64,000 nucleotides of DNA from Nanobdellati archaeon (GTDB taxonomy: Archaea > EX4484-52 > GLR71): assembly GCA_019429125.1 (NCBI GenBank), contig JAHYJO010000001.1:1-64000 (forward strand). Reading direction: 5' to 3'. The translations under genes and the position numbers were made by a program. Below the pieces are notes generated by a model. It saw only the letters and a list, made by a program, of their open reading frames with translations, made no database searches and was not told where the DNA came from. Below, one piece after another: positions 44,958 through 55,854 of this stretch; within the stretch, counting starts at the first letter, position 1, and each line of letters starts with the position of its first letter.

Positions 44958-46157
44958 TCACATTTTAAAAAAGAATATGATTGTCGGAATTATCAGGCAA
45001 CCCATTAACATTGATCTTCTTGCGCCTATTGTCTGCGCATATATGCCTAAGGAGGTTGACGTTATAAGAAGTATGAGTCCTGTTATACTTGTGAAAATTA
45101 TTGTCATAAGAGTAAGAAGAATGATTATTGAGGTACCTAAGATTCTGTAGTCTATCTTTTCTATGATGGTTGTTGCTATCTTTCCGATTTTCATTGTTAG
45201 TATTGCTGACAGTCCGGCTGACAGGAATGCTACACCAATAAATATTGATAATGTGTTTTTTGTTAGGTCTCCTATTATTGAGTCAACCGCTATTGCCACA
45301 CCTGATCTTGCGTTACCTATTAGGTATATCGCTATAAATGACAGGATTATGTCAATTGTTCCGATTGTGCCGACGGCTATTATGAAGTTTTTTGCGCCTT
45401 TTATCTTTCCTATGTGTTGGACAAGCATTGCTGACTGGGAGGAGCCAAGACCGGGGATTATGCCTGCTACAAGGCCACCTGCAAACCCTGCAAAGGAGCT
45501 TTTGATTGTTCCTTTTGTTTTTATCTTTATTTTTGTGTTTTGTTTTGGTATTTTTGATTTGTTTTCAAGACTCATCAGTATGTTGCTTATGCCGAAAAGG
45601 CCAGCAAAGAGTGGGAATAAGGTGTAGTTTGAGTTTATCATGTGTAAATCAAGGGTTATGGTGCCTAATATCCCTGATAATATGAAAATTAAAAGCGATC
45701 TTTTCCAGTTGCTACTTCTTGAGATTATGAATGTTATTGCAAGGACTAAAATGTAGGGGATTGATGGTTTTATTGTCTTGTATGCAGGAGTTACAAGGTC
45801 TGCAATCGTTATGAGGAATATCATAAGTATTATCATACCTAAAAGACCACCAATGACTGATAATGCCAGTGCTTCATATCCTTTTCCTTTAAACAGCATC
45901 AGGTGAGTGGGTAGTGTTGTCAAGGCTGTTGCCGGGTCGGGTGCACCGAAAAAGATTGAAGGGATGAAATCCATGAATGAGTGGGTTGTGCTCATGGTTA
46001 TTATGAAACAGCTTAAAAGAAGCGGGTCTGTGTCGTAGGTTCTGTGGACTGCGAGCGCAAGGATTGCAATCGTGTTTATGTGAAGGCCAGGTGTGAGTCC
46101 TGTTACTGTTCCAGTTAGGATTCCAGCGATTGAGAATAAGAGTATTAGTTCAAGCAT
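44958..46157 (-). CDS. Tripartite tricarboxylate transporter TctA-family permease (archaeal DUF112/COG1784 type)
   Basis: GTVTGLTPGLHINT, FMDFIPSIFFGAP, LPTHLML.GKG and a second half-repeat GIIPGLG; polytopic membrane protein. Confidence 0.88.
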   Translation of the reverse strand: MLELILLFSIAGILTGTVTGLTPGLHINTIAILALAVHRTYDTDPLLLSCFIITMSTTHSFMDFIPSIFFGAPDPATALTTLPTHLMLFKGKGYEALALSVIGGLLGMIILMIFLITIADLVTPAYKTIKPSIPYILVLAITFIISRSSNWKRSLLIFILSGILGTITLDLHMINSNYTLFPLFAGLFGISNILMSLENKSKIPKQNTKIKIKTKGTIKSSFAGFAGGLVAGIIPGLGSSQSAMLVQHIGKIKGAKNFIIAVGTIGTIDIILSFIAIYLIGNARSGVAIAVDSIIGDLTKNTLSIFIGVAFLSAGLSAILTMKIGKIATTIIEKIDYRILGTSIIILLTLMTIIFTSITGLILLITSTSLGIYAQTIGARRSMLMGCLIIPTIIFFFKM

Positions 46158-46380
46158 TTAATTAATTTGGTTGGATATGTGGGTTATAAATTGGTAAACA
46201 CTTAAGAGGGTGAATTTGAGGAGATGGATAGGTCTGTTTTTACAGTCTTTGCAAATTGTATCTTTACAAGTTTTTGTGTATAGATAATCTTATTTATTGA
46301 GGAGCGGTCTTATCTTGTTTGTTATGTCTTCTGATTTTTCTATTAATTGTCATCTTGTTTGTTATAATTTTTATAGAAAT

Positions 46381-48162
46381 TTAAAGTTCCTCATCATGTG
46401 TTCGAGTATATCTGTTCCAAACTGTCCTGAATATTTTTGAGTCTTTTATCAGGTCGGCAAATGATCCGTTTGCAATAACTTTTCCGTCATGGAAATAGTA
46501 TATCATGTCAAACATGGGCAGGAGATGAAGCCTGTGGATGGATGATATGATTGTCCTGTCACTGAATTCATTGAATATATTTTTGTAGATGTCAATTTCG
46601 TTTTTTGAGTCCACACTGCTAGTTGGCTCGTCAAGTAATATGATTGATTTGTCTTTACAGGCCATAAGACCTCGTGCTAGTGCAAGGCGCTGTTTCTCGC
46701 CACCACTTAAATTGACGCCTTTTTCAACAATTGAAGATTCTAGTTTATTTGGTAGGCGCTCGAGGACATCTGTGAAACGGGCCAGGTCTGTGTATTTTTT
46801 TATTTCTTCTTTGCTGTGTTTTACACCCATCGTTATGTTCTCTTTTATGGTTGTTGAAAATATTTCTGGGTCTTGTGGGATGAGCGCAATTGATGAGCTT
46901 ATGTCTCTGAAATTGTTTTTAAGGTGTTTTCCGTCAACTGATAAGTCTACATGTTGAGGTCTATATAATTGCCGTATAATTTTTAGTAATGTGGTCTTTC
47001 CGCTACCGCTCTCACCTATGAGCGCTATCCTTTTTCCGTTCTCAATCGATAAAGATATGTTGTCTAGGTGCTGGTCGCAACATTCTTTATTGCTGTATGA
47101 GAATGTCAGGTTTTCTATTTTTAGTTCTTGCCAGTCTTTTTTTATCAGTTTAATTTCATGAACCTTTATCTTTTCAAATTCGTCTGATATCTCCTCAGCA
47201 TTCATGACTGCAGTTCTTTCACGGACTATATCACCGTAGCGGTAGGCGAACCTGAAAAATAGTTGGTTTATCTTGTTCACATAGCCGTAAAGTGCGAATA
47301 TGCTACCTACAAGCACTGTCGTGCCGGACCTTAAGCTGAAATATATGTAAGTTGCAAGGACTAGAAATTTCATTAGCGATGTGCATGTGGATACGAGGAA
47401 CCATTTGGTCTCGTTTAATTTATGGTTTCGTACGAAAAGTTTGAAAGGTTCCATGATGCTTTTAAATACTGATTTTGAAATTAGGTTTTCAGTACGCAAT
47501 ATTATAACTGTTGTTATGTTGCTTATGGTGTCATATATCTTTTCGGATATTTTGTTTTCAGAATGGTTCAATTTTATATATTGTTTTATGAGTGTCTTGT
47601 CAAATTTGAGAATTATGTTTAAGGTTATTATTACTATGAAAAGTACGATGTAGCTTGAATGAAGATTGAAATATATAAGCGCTATGTAGGAACCTATGAA
47701 TCTTATAAGTGTCTCTATAACTTCATAGGTGTTTGAGGAATATTTGTATAGTGCGTCTGTGGACTTATTGATTTTATCTATGGTGTCTCCTGAATGATGG
47801 TCTGTGTGCCATTTTGCATGTAAGGACATTGTGCCGTTAAGAAGGTATTTTTTGTAGTTTGCGCGAACCAAAAATGCGTTTCTGTATTCTAGGATACGGG
47901 CGGGACCGTGGAATATCCAGAATATGATGGAAAGTACTACGAAGAGGAACAAGTAAAATATGATAGTGTTAAAGTTGGTTGCGCTCAATCCTTCGAGCTG
48001 TATAGTATTTAGGATTTTTGCGATTAGTAAAGGTTCAATCAGGTTCAGTATGTTTGCGATTATGAACATTATAAAATAGAGGATTACCTGTTTTCTGTTG
48101 CCTTTTGAGTATTTCCACATGGTGCGGGTGAGGTAGATTACTGGGTTGTCTTTTATGGCCAT
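46381..48162 (-). CDS. ABC exporter, fused permease/ATP-binding (MsbA/MdlB-like)
   Basis: N-terminal TM domain, GESGSGKTT, IPQDPE, LSGGEKQRLALAR, LLDEPTSSVD and IHRL. Confidence 0.93.
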   Translation of the reverse strand: MAIKDNPVIYLTRTMWKYSKGNRKQVILYFIMFIIANILNLIEPLLIAKILNTIQLEGLSATNFNTIIFYLFLFVVLSIIFWIFHGPARILEYRNAFLVRANYKKYLLNGTMSLHAKWHTDHHSGDTIDKINKSTDALYKYSSNTYEVIETLIRFIGSYIALIYFNLHSSYIVLFIVIITLNIILKFDKTLIKQYIKLNHSENKISEKIYDTISNITTVIILRTENLISKSVFKSIMEPFKLFVRNHKLNETKWFLVSTCTSLMKFLVLATYIYFSLRSGTTVLVGSIFALYGYVNKINQLFFRFAYRYGDIVRERTAVMNAEEISDEFEKIKVHEIKLIKKDWQELKIENLTFSYSNKECCDQHLDNISLSIENGKRIALIGESGSGKTTLLKIIRQLYRPQHVDLSVDGKHLKNNFRDISSSIALIPQDPEIFSTTIKENITMGVKHSKEEIKKYTDLARFTDVLERLPNKLESSIVEKGVNLSGGEKQRLALARGLMACKDKSIILLDEPTSSVDSKNEIDIYKNIFNEFSDRTIISSIHRLHLLPMFDMIYYFHDGKVIANGSFADLIKDSKIFRTVWNRYTRTHDEEL

Positions 48163-48274
48163 GTTTTATAATTTGTATTTTGGTTTAAATATATTTGTAT
48201 ATTGTTTTGTTTTTTGAGGGTTTTTACAAAATTAATTTAAAACTATGTTACCATTTTAATATTAAGTGATAATT

Positions 48275-48613
48275 ATGATGCCAGGAATGAATCCGAAACA
48301 GATGAAAAACATGATGAAGCAGATGGGTATGCAGATGGTTGAGATAAAGGCGTCTGAAGTTGTAATCAAGTGCGCAGACAAAGAAATAATAATAATAAAT
48401 CCGCAGGTTTCAAAAGTTAAGGCAATGGGTCAGGAAACGTTTCAGATTGTAGGTGACATCTCTGAAAGGTCTTTTGTGCCTGTCGAAAAGTTTACGCAGT
48501 CGGATGTCCATATAGTTGTTGATCAGACTGGGGTTTCTGAAGAGAAAGCGCGCACAGCACTTGAAGAGACAGACGGTGACCTTGCGGAAGCCATAATGAA
48601 AGTTCAGGAATAA
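48275..48613 (+). CDS. nac: Archaeal nascent polypeptide-associated complex protein
   Basis: MMPGMNPKQMKNMMKQMG, NAC barrel, and a C-terminal UBA-like VDQTGVSEEKARTALEETDGDLAEAIM. Confidence 0.93.
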   Translation: MMPGMNPKQMKNMMKQMGMQMVEIKASEVVIKCADKEIIIINPQVSKVKAMGQETFQIVGDISERSFVPVEKFTQSDVHIVVDQTGVSEEKARTALEETDGDLAEAIMKVQE

Positions 48614-48630
48614 ATTTGATTGTGATTTGA

Positions 48631-48840
48631 GTGAGTGGTTTAAAGGCTAGTGTATATGGGTTTGTTCGCGGACCTTCTGGTATGGTTGATTCAATAACTG
48701 ATGAGGATATCAATAAGTATCTGGAATGTGGGACTGATTTTTATTTAAAGGTCAGGTGTTATCTTGACAGGTGTCTTGGAATACCTTTAGTTACTATATA
48801 TGATTCTCCGAAAATATATGAAGCAATAAAAGATTGTTGA
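48631..48840 (+). CDS. Hypothetical protein (69 aa)
   Basis: Short ORF co-oriented with nac and with host-like codon use; no motif recognised. Confidence 0.4.
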   Translation: MSGLKASVYGFVRGPSGMVDSITDEDINKYLECGTDFYLKVRCYLDRCLGIPLVTIYDSPKIYEAIKDC

Positions 48841-48905
48841 GATTCTGATTTATTTAGGTATTGATTTAAATATTTTAGGAGATATACTGTATTATTGGTG
48901 ATGAT

Positions 48906-49277
48906 ATGGATGTTGTATGTACTGAGGAGTTAACATTAAAAGAAGCATATATGCAGGATCTTGGATATTCAACTAAGGGTGCTGTGTCTCAATATGCTGT
49001 TGATTATTCTTGTGCTATGCCTTGTTTTCAATCGCGAGATAAACAAGAATATAGTGGGGAATCTGTCTGGTTTGAAATTCCGATGTGTCCAGAGACTTTT
49101 GAAGATGCATACACACGAGAATATTTAGACTCTTTATTACCTTATCAATCTGAAGAGTATTGGTCAAAATTTATGCCTTTGCTTTTGGAGGAGATAAGAC
49201 AGAATATATGCGATGCTACTGAAAGAGCTGAAAAATGGCAAAATAATGCTCTTCCATATTCTGTTAGGTGTGGTTAG
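48906..49277 (+). CDS. Hypothetical acidic protein (123 aa)
   Basis: GGTGA ribosome-binding site before the ATG; no recognised motif. Confidence 0.65.
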   Translation: MDVVCTEELTLKEAYMQDLGYSTKGAVSQYAVDYSCAMPCFQSRDKQEYSGESVWFEIPMCPETFEDAYTREYLDSLLPYQSEEYWSKFMPLLLEEIRQNICDATERAEKWQNNALPYSVRCG

Positions 49278-49437
49278 AAATAATCATGTTTTATATATAA
49301 TCATTCTTTTAATTATCTTAGTCTTTACAAAATTATTTTTTCTCTTTAAGTTTTGATATTGTTGTTCTTTTATGTGTTCTAGAAAGGTTATTAAGTGTTT
49401 ATACACCATTATATTGTAGTTTAAGGGGTGAATTTGT

Positions 49438-50217
49438 ATGTCAAAACACGATATTCCAAAGAATCCGTTAGTAACTGCGGTTATGGATTTGACTAATTAT
49501 TGAATTAAACAGTTAAATGTTGGTCATAATAATACAATAGGGATTGTTTTAGACCAACAACGACAATTTATAGACGGATTATTTAAGTTGTCTAATCAAA
49601 TCAATAAATATAATGAGAACCTAGATGCATCTCTTTTGATTAAAGGCGAAAGTCCCATTTATATTGCATCTTTGTGTGATAGTGCAAATAAAAAATTAGC
49701 TTATTTAGAATTTGATAAAAAACGTGAATACAATTCTTTTGATTCAATCCCTTTGGTAATCAATGCGGGATTGTCTGCTGTTTTTAACAGTGTTAATCTT
49801 GATGAACTTTATATTACAATAAAGAAAGAGCTATGTTACAGTGGGGATTATTATGTTGATGAGCCTGCTGAAATAATTGAACATAAAGAACCTCAAGATA
49901 TTCCAATATTTAAGTTACTGGATGAGCTTTGTTTGTATATTGATAATTATTCTAATACTGATGATAAATTTGAGAATGTTGTAAATCATTTGGGTGCTGG
50001 GTTTTCATTTAATTTAGATATGAGCCTGTATCTGCAGGCAATTTTAAAGGAGTATGATATGGATTTGATATCAATTGTGGGGTCTGTTGATAAAAAAGAA
50101 TTGTATATAAAATTGACTAATCGGGATTATGAAATGATTAGGGAGTTGTTTAAGGTATCTAATGAAAATGACTTTAGTAATTTTAATATTATTTTGTATA
50201 AAGAAAGGTTCAAGTAG
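49438..50217 (+). pseudogene. Hypothetical gene interrupted by one in-frame TGA
   Basis: GGGGTGA plus ATG 49438 is in frame with the 49588-50217 ORF; the only interruption is TGA at 49501-49503. Confidence 0.55.
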
Positions 50218-50220
50218 TTT

Positions 50221-50871
50221 TTATCTTAATTTTCTTTTTACTATCTTTGTCCTTGTGAAATCTTCTCGAGCGCGTTCGTCAAGTTTAGATATTATCATCC
50301 TCTTGTCATTGTTGAGGGATGGGATGATGTAGTCTTCAAGCGCTGTTACCTTGCGTCTTGTATTTGCAATCTCTTTCTTTAATATTCTTGAGTTTGAGTC
50401 GATTTCGCCAACTTTTAGAATTAATGGTAAAGTATCCTCAAAAAGTGTTGCTGTGCCGTCAAGCGTGGCATCTGAGTCTGTGATGCTATAGCCACGTTCA
50501 AGGATTTTTCTTGAGTAGTCGGGGGCATTGATCTTTAACAGGTTGACACCCATTATTTTTTTTTCTGTGAGGTCTGTGTTTTTTGCTTTCTGGACGGATG
50601 CACCCAAGTATCGTGTCTCTATGTGACCTAAGCTTACTTGCGCATCTTTTAATATGTTAAATGCTTCAGTCATCTTTTTTTGCATGGTTTCTTTTTTTTG
50701 TATACTGTCTTTTGACATTGAGAAATATTCAAGTATTAATGCTTCGTTTTTTTCTTCAAGAAGTGTGTGGCCGGTTCTGCTCAGGTCAAGTGTTTCACTT
50801 ATTCGTTTTAGTTCAGTTCGTGTAGGTTTTGATTGTTCTCTAATCATGTCGTTCATACCAGAATCTTTCAA
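50221..50871 (-). CDS. atpD: A/V-type ATP synthase subunit D
   Basis: KPTRTEL, GHTLLEEKNEAL, IMGV and TRRKVTALEDYIIP. Start is probably 50847. Confidence 0.92.
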   Translation of the reverse strand: MKDSGMNDMIREQSKPTRTELKRISETLDLSRTGHTLLEEKNEALILEYFSMSKDSIQKKETMQKKMTEAFNILKDAQVSLGHIETRYLGASVQKAKNTDLTEKKIMGVNLLKINAPDYSRKILERGYSITDSDATLDGTATLFEDTLPLILKVGEIDSNSRILKKEIANTRRKVTALEDYIIPSLNNDKRMIISKLDERAREDFTRTKIVKRKLR

Positions 50872-52195
50872 TTATGTCTTTGTCAATTTTTGTTAGTTCT
50901 TCTTTTGGAAGAATCTTCAGTAGTTTCCAGCCAAGGTCAAGGGTGTCTCTAATACTTCTTTTTTGGTTCTGGCTTATGAATTCCCTGTCAATTGCGGTCT
51001 TGAATTTGAGATATTTTTTGTCAATGTCAGTTAGTGCGTCTTCACCTATTATGGCTTTTAATTGTTCAAGTTTTTTTCCTCGCGTGTAGAATGCATAAAT
51101 TTGGTCTGATACAGCTTTATGGTCTTCTCGTGTCTTATCTAATCCTATGCCATGGTGCATCATTCTTGAAAGTGAGGGTATGATATCTATCGGAGGGAAG
51201 ATGTTTTGCCTGTGAAGAGCGGGTGATAAGAGTATCTGGCCTTCTGTGATGTATCCTGTTAAATCAGGTATGGGGTGCGTGATGTCACCTTCGGGCATGG
51301 TGAGAATAGGAATCTGGGTAATTGAACCTTTCTTGTCTTTTATTCTGCCTGTTCTTTCATAGATTGATGCTAAGTCTGAATAAAGGTATGGAGGGTAACC
51401 TCGTCTGCTTGGTACTTCTTCTTTTGATGCGGATATCTCTCTTAGTGCATTTGCGTAGTTTGTCATGTCTGAAAGTATGACCACTACGTTTCGGTCTTGT
51501 TCCCATGCGAAATATTCGGCAGTTGCAAGTGCTGCGCGAGGGGTGACTATACGTTCTATTACAGGGTCGCCTGCAAGGTTGGCAAAGACTATTATGTTTT
51601 CCAGCGCTCCTGTCTTTTCAAATTCTGAGACAAAATAGTTCAGTTCGTCATTTGTGACGCCTATTGCTGCAAATATTACAAGATCAGATTTTATGTTTTT
51701 GGCTATGTCTGCGGCTAGCTTGTTGTGGGGCATGCCGTTCTCTGAGAAGATGGGCAGTTTCTGTCCTCTGACAAGACTTAAGAGTCCGTCAATTGAGGAC
51801 AGACCTGTTTCTATGAATTTGTTGGGTACATCGCGCGAGGAGGGGTTTATAGGGTTGCCGTTTATGCTTATTTTTTGGTTAGGTATGAATTTCATACTTT
51901 TTGGTCTTCCAAGACCGTCAAAGATGCCACCTACCATGTCAGGCCCCACACCAATTGTGAAACTTTTGCCTAAGAACCGTATCTTTGTGCCTTTGGTGTC
52001 AATGTCTTGCGTGCCTTCAAAGACTTCGATTATTGCCAAGTCATCTTTTAGTTCAAGTACCTGCCCAGTACGTTCTGTGCCGTCTTCAAGTATGATCTTG
52101 ACCAGTTCATGGTATCTTGCGCCGTTTATGCCTTCGGCTATAATCAGAGGTCCTGCAACTTTAGTTATGGTCTCGTATTCTTTCAAGTTATTCAC
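50840..52195 (-). CDS. atpB: A/V-type ATP synthase subunit B
   Basis: VAGPL, RGQKLPIFS, SRRGYPPYLYSDLASIYER and THPIPDLTGYITEGQI. Confidence 0.97.
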   Translation of the reverse strand: MNNLKEYETITKVAGPLIIAEGINGARYHELVKIILEDGTERTGQVLELKDDLAIIEVFEGTQDIDTKGTKIRFLGKSFTIGVGPDMVGGIFDGLGRPKSMKFIPNQKISINGNPINPSSRDVPNKFIETGLSSIDGLLSLVRGQKLPIFSENGMPHNKLAADIAKNIKSDLVIFAAIGVTNDELNYFVSEFEKTGALENIIVFANLAGDPVIERIVTPRAALATAEYFAWEQDRNVVVILSDMTNYANALREISASKEEVPSRRGYPPYLYSDLASIYERTGRIKDKKGSITQIPILTMPEGDITHPIPDLTGYITEGQILLSPALHRQNIFPPIDIIPSLSRMMHHGIGLDKTREDHKAVSDQIYAFYTRGKKLEQLKAIIGEDALTDIDKKYLKFKTAIDREFISQNQKRSIRDTLDLGWKLLKILPKEELTKIDKDIIERFWYERHD

Positions 52196-53924
52196 CTTTA
52201 TCTAAAAGGTCGTCAAGGTCTATCATGTCGGTTTTACCTAACAGTGTTTCTTCAATTTTTCGTGTTAGTGCGCCAAATTCGTATCTTTTTTCAAATTTCA
52301 TGCCGGCAATATTTTCAATGAGGTCTGTGTCTAATATATCTTTTAATTCTTTGTCGTGTTCAAGTGCTATAAGTCCCATTTCATAGTAGATTGCAAATAT
52401 CTTTAGCATCTCGTATTGCTTATCAAATCTACAGTACATGTCAACTTCGTGGAATGCGCTCTGTTGTAGGAAATTTTCGCGGAACAGTTCTGCAACTTTT
52501 AATAAGAACCGGTCTTTGTCTTCCAAGCCTTCATAACCTACAAGACGGACTATTTTTTCCAGTTCTTTTTCGTTTTGTAGTATTGTCATGAGTAAGTCTC
52601 GTAGTTCTGACCAGTCTTCGTAATTGTCGTCATTTATCTTTTTTAGGTCGTCTGTGTAATGTGAATAGCTTTCAAGCCAGTCAATGGCTGGGTAGTGGCG
52701 CATGTAGGCAAGGTCGCTTCTTAGTGCCCAGAAACAGCGGGTTATACTTTTTGTGGCCTGAACTACAGGTTCTGAAAAGTCACCTCCTGGGGGGGATACT
52801 GTACCCATGATGGTTAGGCTGCCAACGTTATCGTTTAATGTTTTTACAATGCCTGACCGTTCATAGAATGATGTTATTTTAGAGGCAAGGTATGCAGGAT
52901 AACCTTCGTCACCAGGCATTTCTTCAAGCATGCCTGATATTTCTCTGACTGCTTCGGCCCAACGTGATGTTGAGTCAGCAATGAGTAGAACGTTTAAGCC
53001 CATGTCACGGTAATATTCGCCTATTGTTGTTGCAAGGTATATGCTTGAGATTCTGGCTGAGACTGGCATGTTTGAGGTGTTTGCAATTATTATGCTTCTT
53101 TCCATTATGCTTTTTCCGGTTTTAATATCTTTTATTTTCGGGAAGCTTGAGAGGACGTCTGCACATTCGTTGCCACGCTCACCAACAAGTGCCATGATGA
53201 CTATGTCGGCGTCTGCGAATTTGGCTATGGTCTGTGTGGTTATGGTCTTTCCACAACCGAACCCGCCAGGGATTGCGGCACAACCACCTTTTGCGATGGG
53301 AAACATGGTGTCTATTACTCTCTGACCTGTAATTAGCATGTCTTTCGGTGTATATTTTTTCTTGAATGGTCTTTTTGTGTAGACGGGCCAGGTGATCTGC
53401 ATGGTAAGGTCTAATGTCTTGTCTTTGGTTTTTAATGTTCCGAAAATGTCTGTCACTGTGTAATTGCCGTCTTTTATTTTTATTGTGCCATCAGTTGTCG
53501 CAAATATCTTGTGGGTGATGTTGTCTGTCTCTTTTACTTCAGCTATTATGTCGCCTTTGTTTACGGGACCGTCTTTTGTTTTTTTAAGGTTCCATATTGT
53601 TTTTTGGTTTAGTGGGTCTTTTGAAATGCCTTTTTCTATGAATTGGTTCATGTCTTTCAGTGGTCTTTGGAGACCGTCAAATATACTTCCTATTAGTCCC
53701 GGGCCTAAAGTTGCGGTAATCTGTGTGCCTACTGATTTTACAGGGTCACCAATTTTTAGTCCGTCTGTCTCTTCAAATGCCTGGATTATGGCTTTACTAT
53801 TTTCTAGTTTTATGATTTCACCTATCAGTTTCTCGTTTCCTATGAGTACTTTTGAGTTCATCTTTGCGTTTTCAAGGTCTCTTGCTTCAATTATGTGACC
53901 TGCAATCCGTGTTATTTTTCCCAT
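52188..53924 (-). CDS. atpA: A/V-type ATP synthase subunit A
   Basis: IPGGFGCGKT, GERGNE, ANTSNMPV, DSTSRWAEA and VSPPGGDFSEPV; no intein. Confidence 0.97.
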   Translation of the reverse strand: MGKITRIAGHIIEARDLENAKMNSKVLIGNEKLIGEIIKLENSKAIIQAFEETDGLKIGDPVKSVGTQITATLGPGLIGSIFDGLQRPLKDMNQFIEKGISKDPLNQKTIWNLKKTKDGPVNKGDIIAEVKETDNITHKIFATTDGTIKIKDGNYTVTDIFGTLKTKDKTLDLTMQITWPVYTKRPFKKKYTPKDMLITGQRVIDTMFPIAKGGCAAIPGGFGCGKTITTQTIAKFADADIVIMALVGERGNECADVLSSFPKIKDIKTGKSIMERSIIIANTSNMPVSARISSIYLATTIGEYYRDMGLNVLLIADSTSRWAEAVREISGMLEEMPGDEGYPAYLASKITSFYERSGIVKTLNDNVGSLTIMGTVSPPGGDFSEPVVQATKSITRCFWALRSDLAYMRHYPAIDWLESYSHYTDDLKKINDDNYEDWSELRDLLMTILQNEKELEKIVRLVGYEGLEDKDRFLLKVAELFRENFLQQSAFHEVDMYCRFDKQYEMLKIFAIYYEMGLIALEHDKELKDILDTDLIENIAGMKFEKRYEFGALTRKIEETLLGKTDMIDLDDLLDKGE

Positions 53925-53937
53925 CGGTATTTCCTCA

Positions 53938-54135
53938 TCAATCTAGTTTGATTATAATTTTCCCCTCATCTTCAAGAGTTTCCAGTTCTTCGGTGAATCT
54001 GTCTGCATTAGTCTTGTCTACTATGAATATCTTTTCATCTTTTGCGTCTTTAGGGTTGTCGTAACTGTTTTTAATGCCTGCAAGGTTGAAACCGGTGACG
54101 GTATCTTTAGTGCCTATAATGCATATCATTTCCAA
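53938..54135 (-). CDS. atpF: A/V-type ATP synthase subunit F (short)
   Basis: IIGTKDTVTGFNLAGI; lies between C and A. Confidence 0.85.
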   Translation of the reverse strand: MEMICIIGTKDTVTGFNLAGIKNSYDNPKDAKDEKIFIVDKTNADRFTEELETLEDEGKIIIKLD

Positions 54136-54932
54136 ACACTTCTTAAAACGCTCTTTATTAGTTTTGTTTCCATCTCTTTTCTGAACATGAACTCAATGTA
54201 GAGGCCGATGCCGAATGGGTCAGACATTAGTTGCTGTCTTGCGCGGGCTTCAAGAGTTTTTTGTGAGGTATTTTCGTTGTTATCCTTGTTGAAGAGGTAT
54301 GGCTCGGCGCAGTCTTTGCCCAACCTTGATATTGTTTTTTGGTCTATCATTTGTTTGTATGTTTTCACGAAATTTCGGATAGGCTCGGTTGATATCTTTT
54401 CAAGTTCTGCCATGTATCTTTTGTCTAGTGCGTGTTCAAGGTCGGATATTTTTTGTGTCTTTTTATAATTTGTCAAACCTTCCTTATATGCTTGATACCA
54501 GAGGGTGTCTTCAAGGCTATTTTCTAGTGTGTTTAGGTCTTTTAGGGTGTCTGAGATATTGTAGATTGCGCCGTAAGCGGTTAGGTCTTTTTGTATTTGG
54601 GTTATGGGTATGTTTGCGCTTAGGCCACGGATTATCAGTTTCAAGTTTTGGAGATCAAATCTGATTAGGTATCGTTTGAAGTCGTCAGAGTAGCGTTTAG
54701 GTAGAAATCCTGTTACTTTGATTAGGTTTTGTATGAGCGCATTGTTTAGGTTTGCTTCAATTTCTTCTAGGTCAGTTGAGGCAAACATGGATTCGTATGT
54801 TGTGTCTTCAAGGTGTGTGATTAGTTCTTCTTTGGATTTTGCTGTCTGGGTTTCGGTTTTTGTTTCTGGTTTTAAGAGTTTGGAACGTAGGACGCGGACT
54901 CTTGCCGATGCGTATTCAAGGTCAAATATCAT
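54126..54932 (-). CDS. atpC: A/V-type ATP synthase subunit C (AC39 family, shortened)
   Basis: YASARVRVLRSKLL, LEDTTY, FDLQNLKLIIRG and LEHALDKRY. Confidence 0.85.
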   Translation of the reverse strand: MIFDLEYASARVRVLRSKLLKPETKTETQTAKSKEELITHLEDTTYESMFASTDLEEIEANLNNALIQNLIKVTGFLPKRYSDDFKRYLIRFDLQNLKLIIRGLSANIPITQIQKDLTAYGAIYNISDTLKDLNTLENSLEDTLWYQAYKEGLTNYKKTQKISDLEHALDKRYMAELEKISTEPIRNFVKTYKQMIDQKTISRLGKDCAEPYLFNKDNNENTSQKTLEARARQQLMSDPFGIGLYIEFMFRKEMETKLIKSVLRSVWK

Positions 54933-55160
54933 GTGTATCTTAAGAATTAATTGGGGGCGGGTGGTATATATAGGGGGTGTGGTTTGGCATTGTTTAAGAT
55001 ATGAGTGATTTTGAATATTTTTTAATATTGTTTGTTTATAAACTTTTTCAAGGTTCTAAGTTTACTAAAGTAGTATTGAAATAGGGGTATCAAATAGGTA
55101 GATATCTTTATGAGCAATATAAATATTATCATTTATAAGATTAAAATGATAATCAATGGT

Positions 55161-55766
55161 ATGATTAAAGCAATCATATTTGATTTTGATGGTGTTATAC
55201 ATGATACTTTTGAGTTTCATAGGTCTAAATTGAAAGAGTTTACAGGGCATGAGGTATCAGAAAAAAGTTATAGGGATATTCATGACGGTAATTTCTATGA
55301 GCATAAAGGTAATGCGTTTACAAATACTGACTGGGATGGGTATGTTAAGTTTATACATCTTGAACAATCGGCACTGAAGATAAAGGTTGATATTCGGCAA
55401 GTGCTGATTGAATTGAATAAAAAGTATGAACTTTTTATCATATCGTCTGGGTGCGCAAAAAATATTTCTGCTTATCTTGGTAATAATGGTATATCGAAGA
55501 TATTTACTGAGGTTTTAGGTTTTGAGAATCATAGATCTAAAGTTGAGAAGTTCAAGATGTTGTTTGATAAGTATAGACTTTGTCATGATAATTGCATATT
55601 TATAACTGATACGTTGGGCGACATACTGGAAGCCAACAAGGTTGGTGTTGAGACTGTAGCTGTTGATTTTGGGTTCCACTCTAAAGAACGGTTAGAAAAA
55701 GGAAATCCATATAAGATTATTTCTTGTTTCAGGGAGATTATACCTGTTATTGATGCTGGTTTCTGA
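55161..55766 (+). CDS. HAD-family hydrolase (phosphoglycolate phosphatase-like)
   Basis: IIFDFDGVIHDT, IISS, K and ITDTLGDI..A...GV motifs (ORF track start 55110). Confidence 0.9.
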   Translation: MIKAIIFDFDGVIHDTFEFHRSKLKEFTGHEVSEKSYRDIHDGNFYEHKGNAFTNTDWDGYVKFIHLEQSALKIKVDIRQVLIELNKKYELFIISSGCAKNISAYLGNNGISKIFTEVLGFENHRSKVEKFKMLFDKYRLCHDNCIFITDTLGDILEANKVGVETVAVDFGFHSKERLEKGNPYKIISCFREIIPVIDAGF

Positions 55767-55854
55767 AATTTAAACATTTTTCACTAAATAATATCATTTT
55801 TTAAAATTATTCTGTGCTTATTAACTACGTATGGATAAAATATTGAAAAAGTAT

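Noticed and set aside
52188-53924. Intein in ATPase subunit A
   Set aside because: Normal length (578 aa) and an uninterrupted sequence around the Walker A motif.
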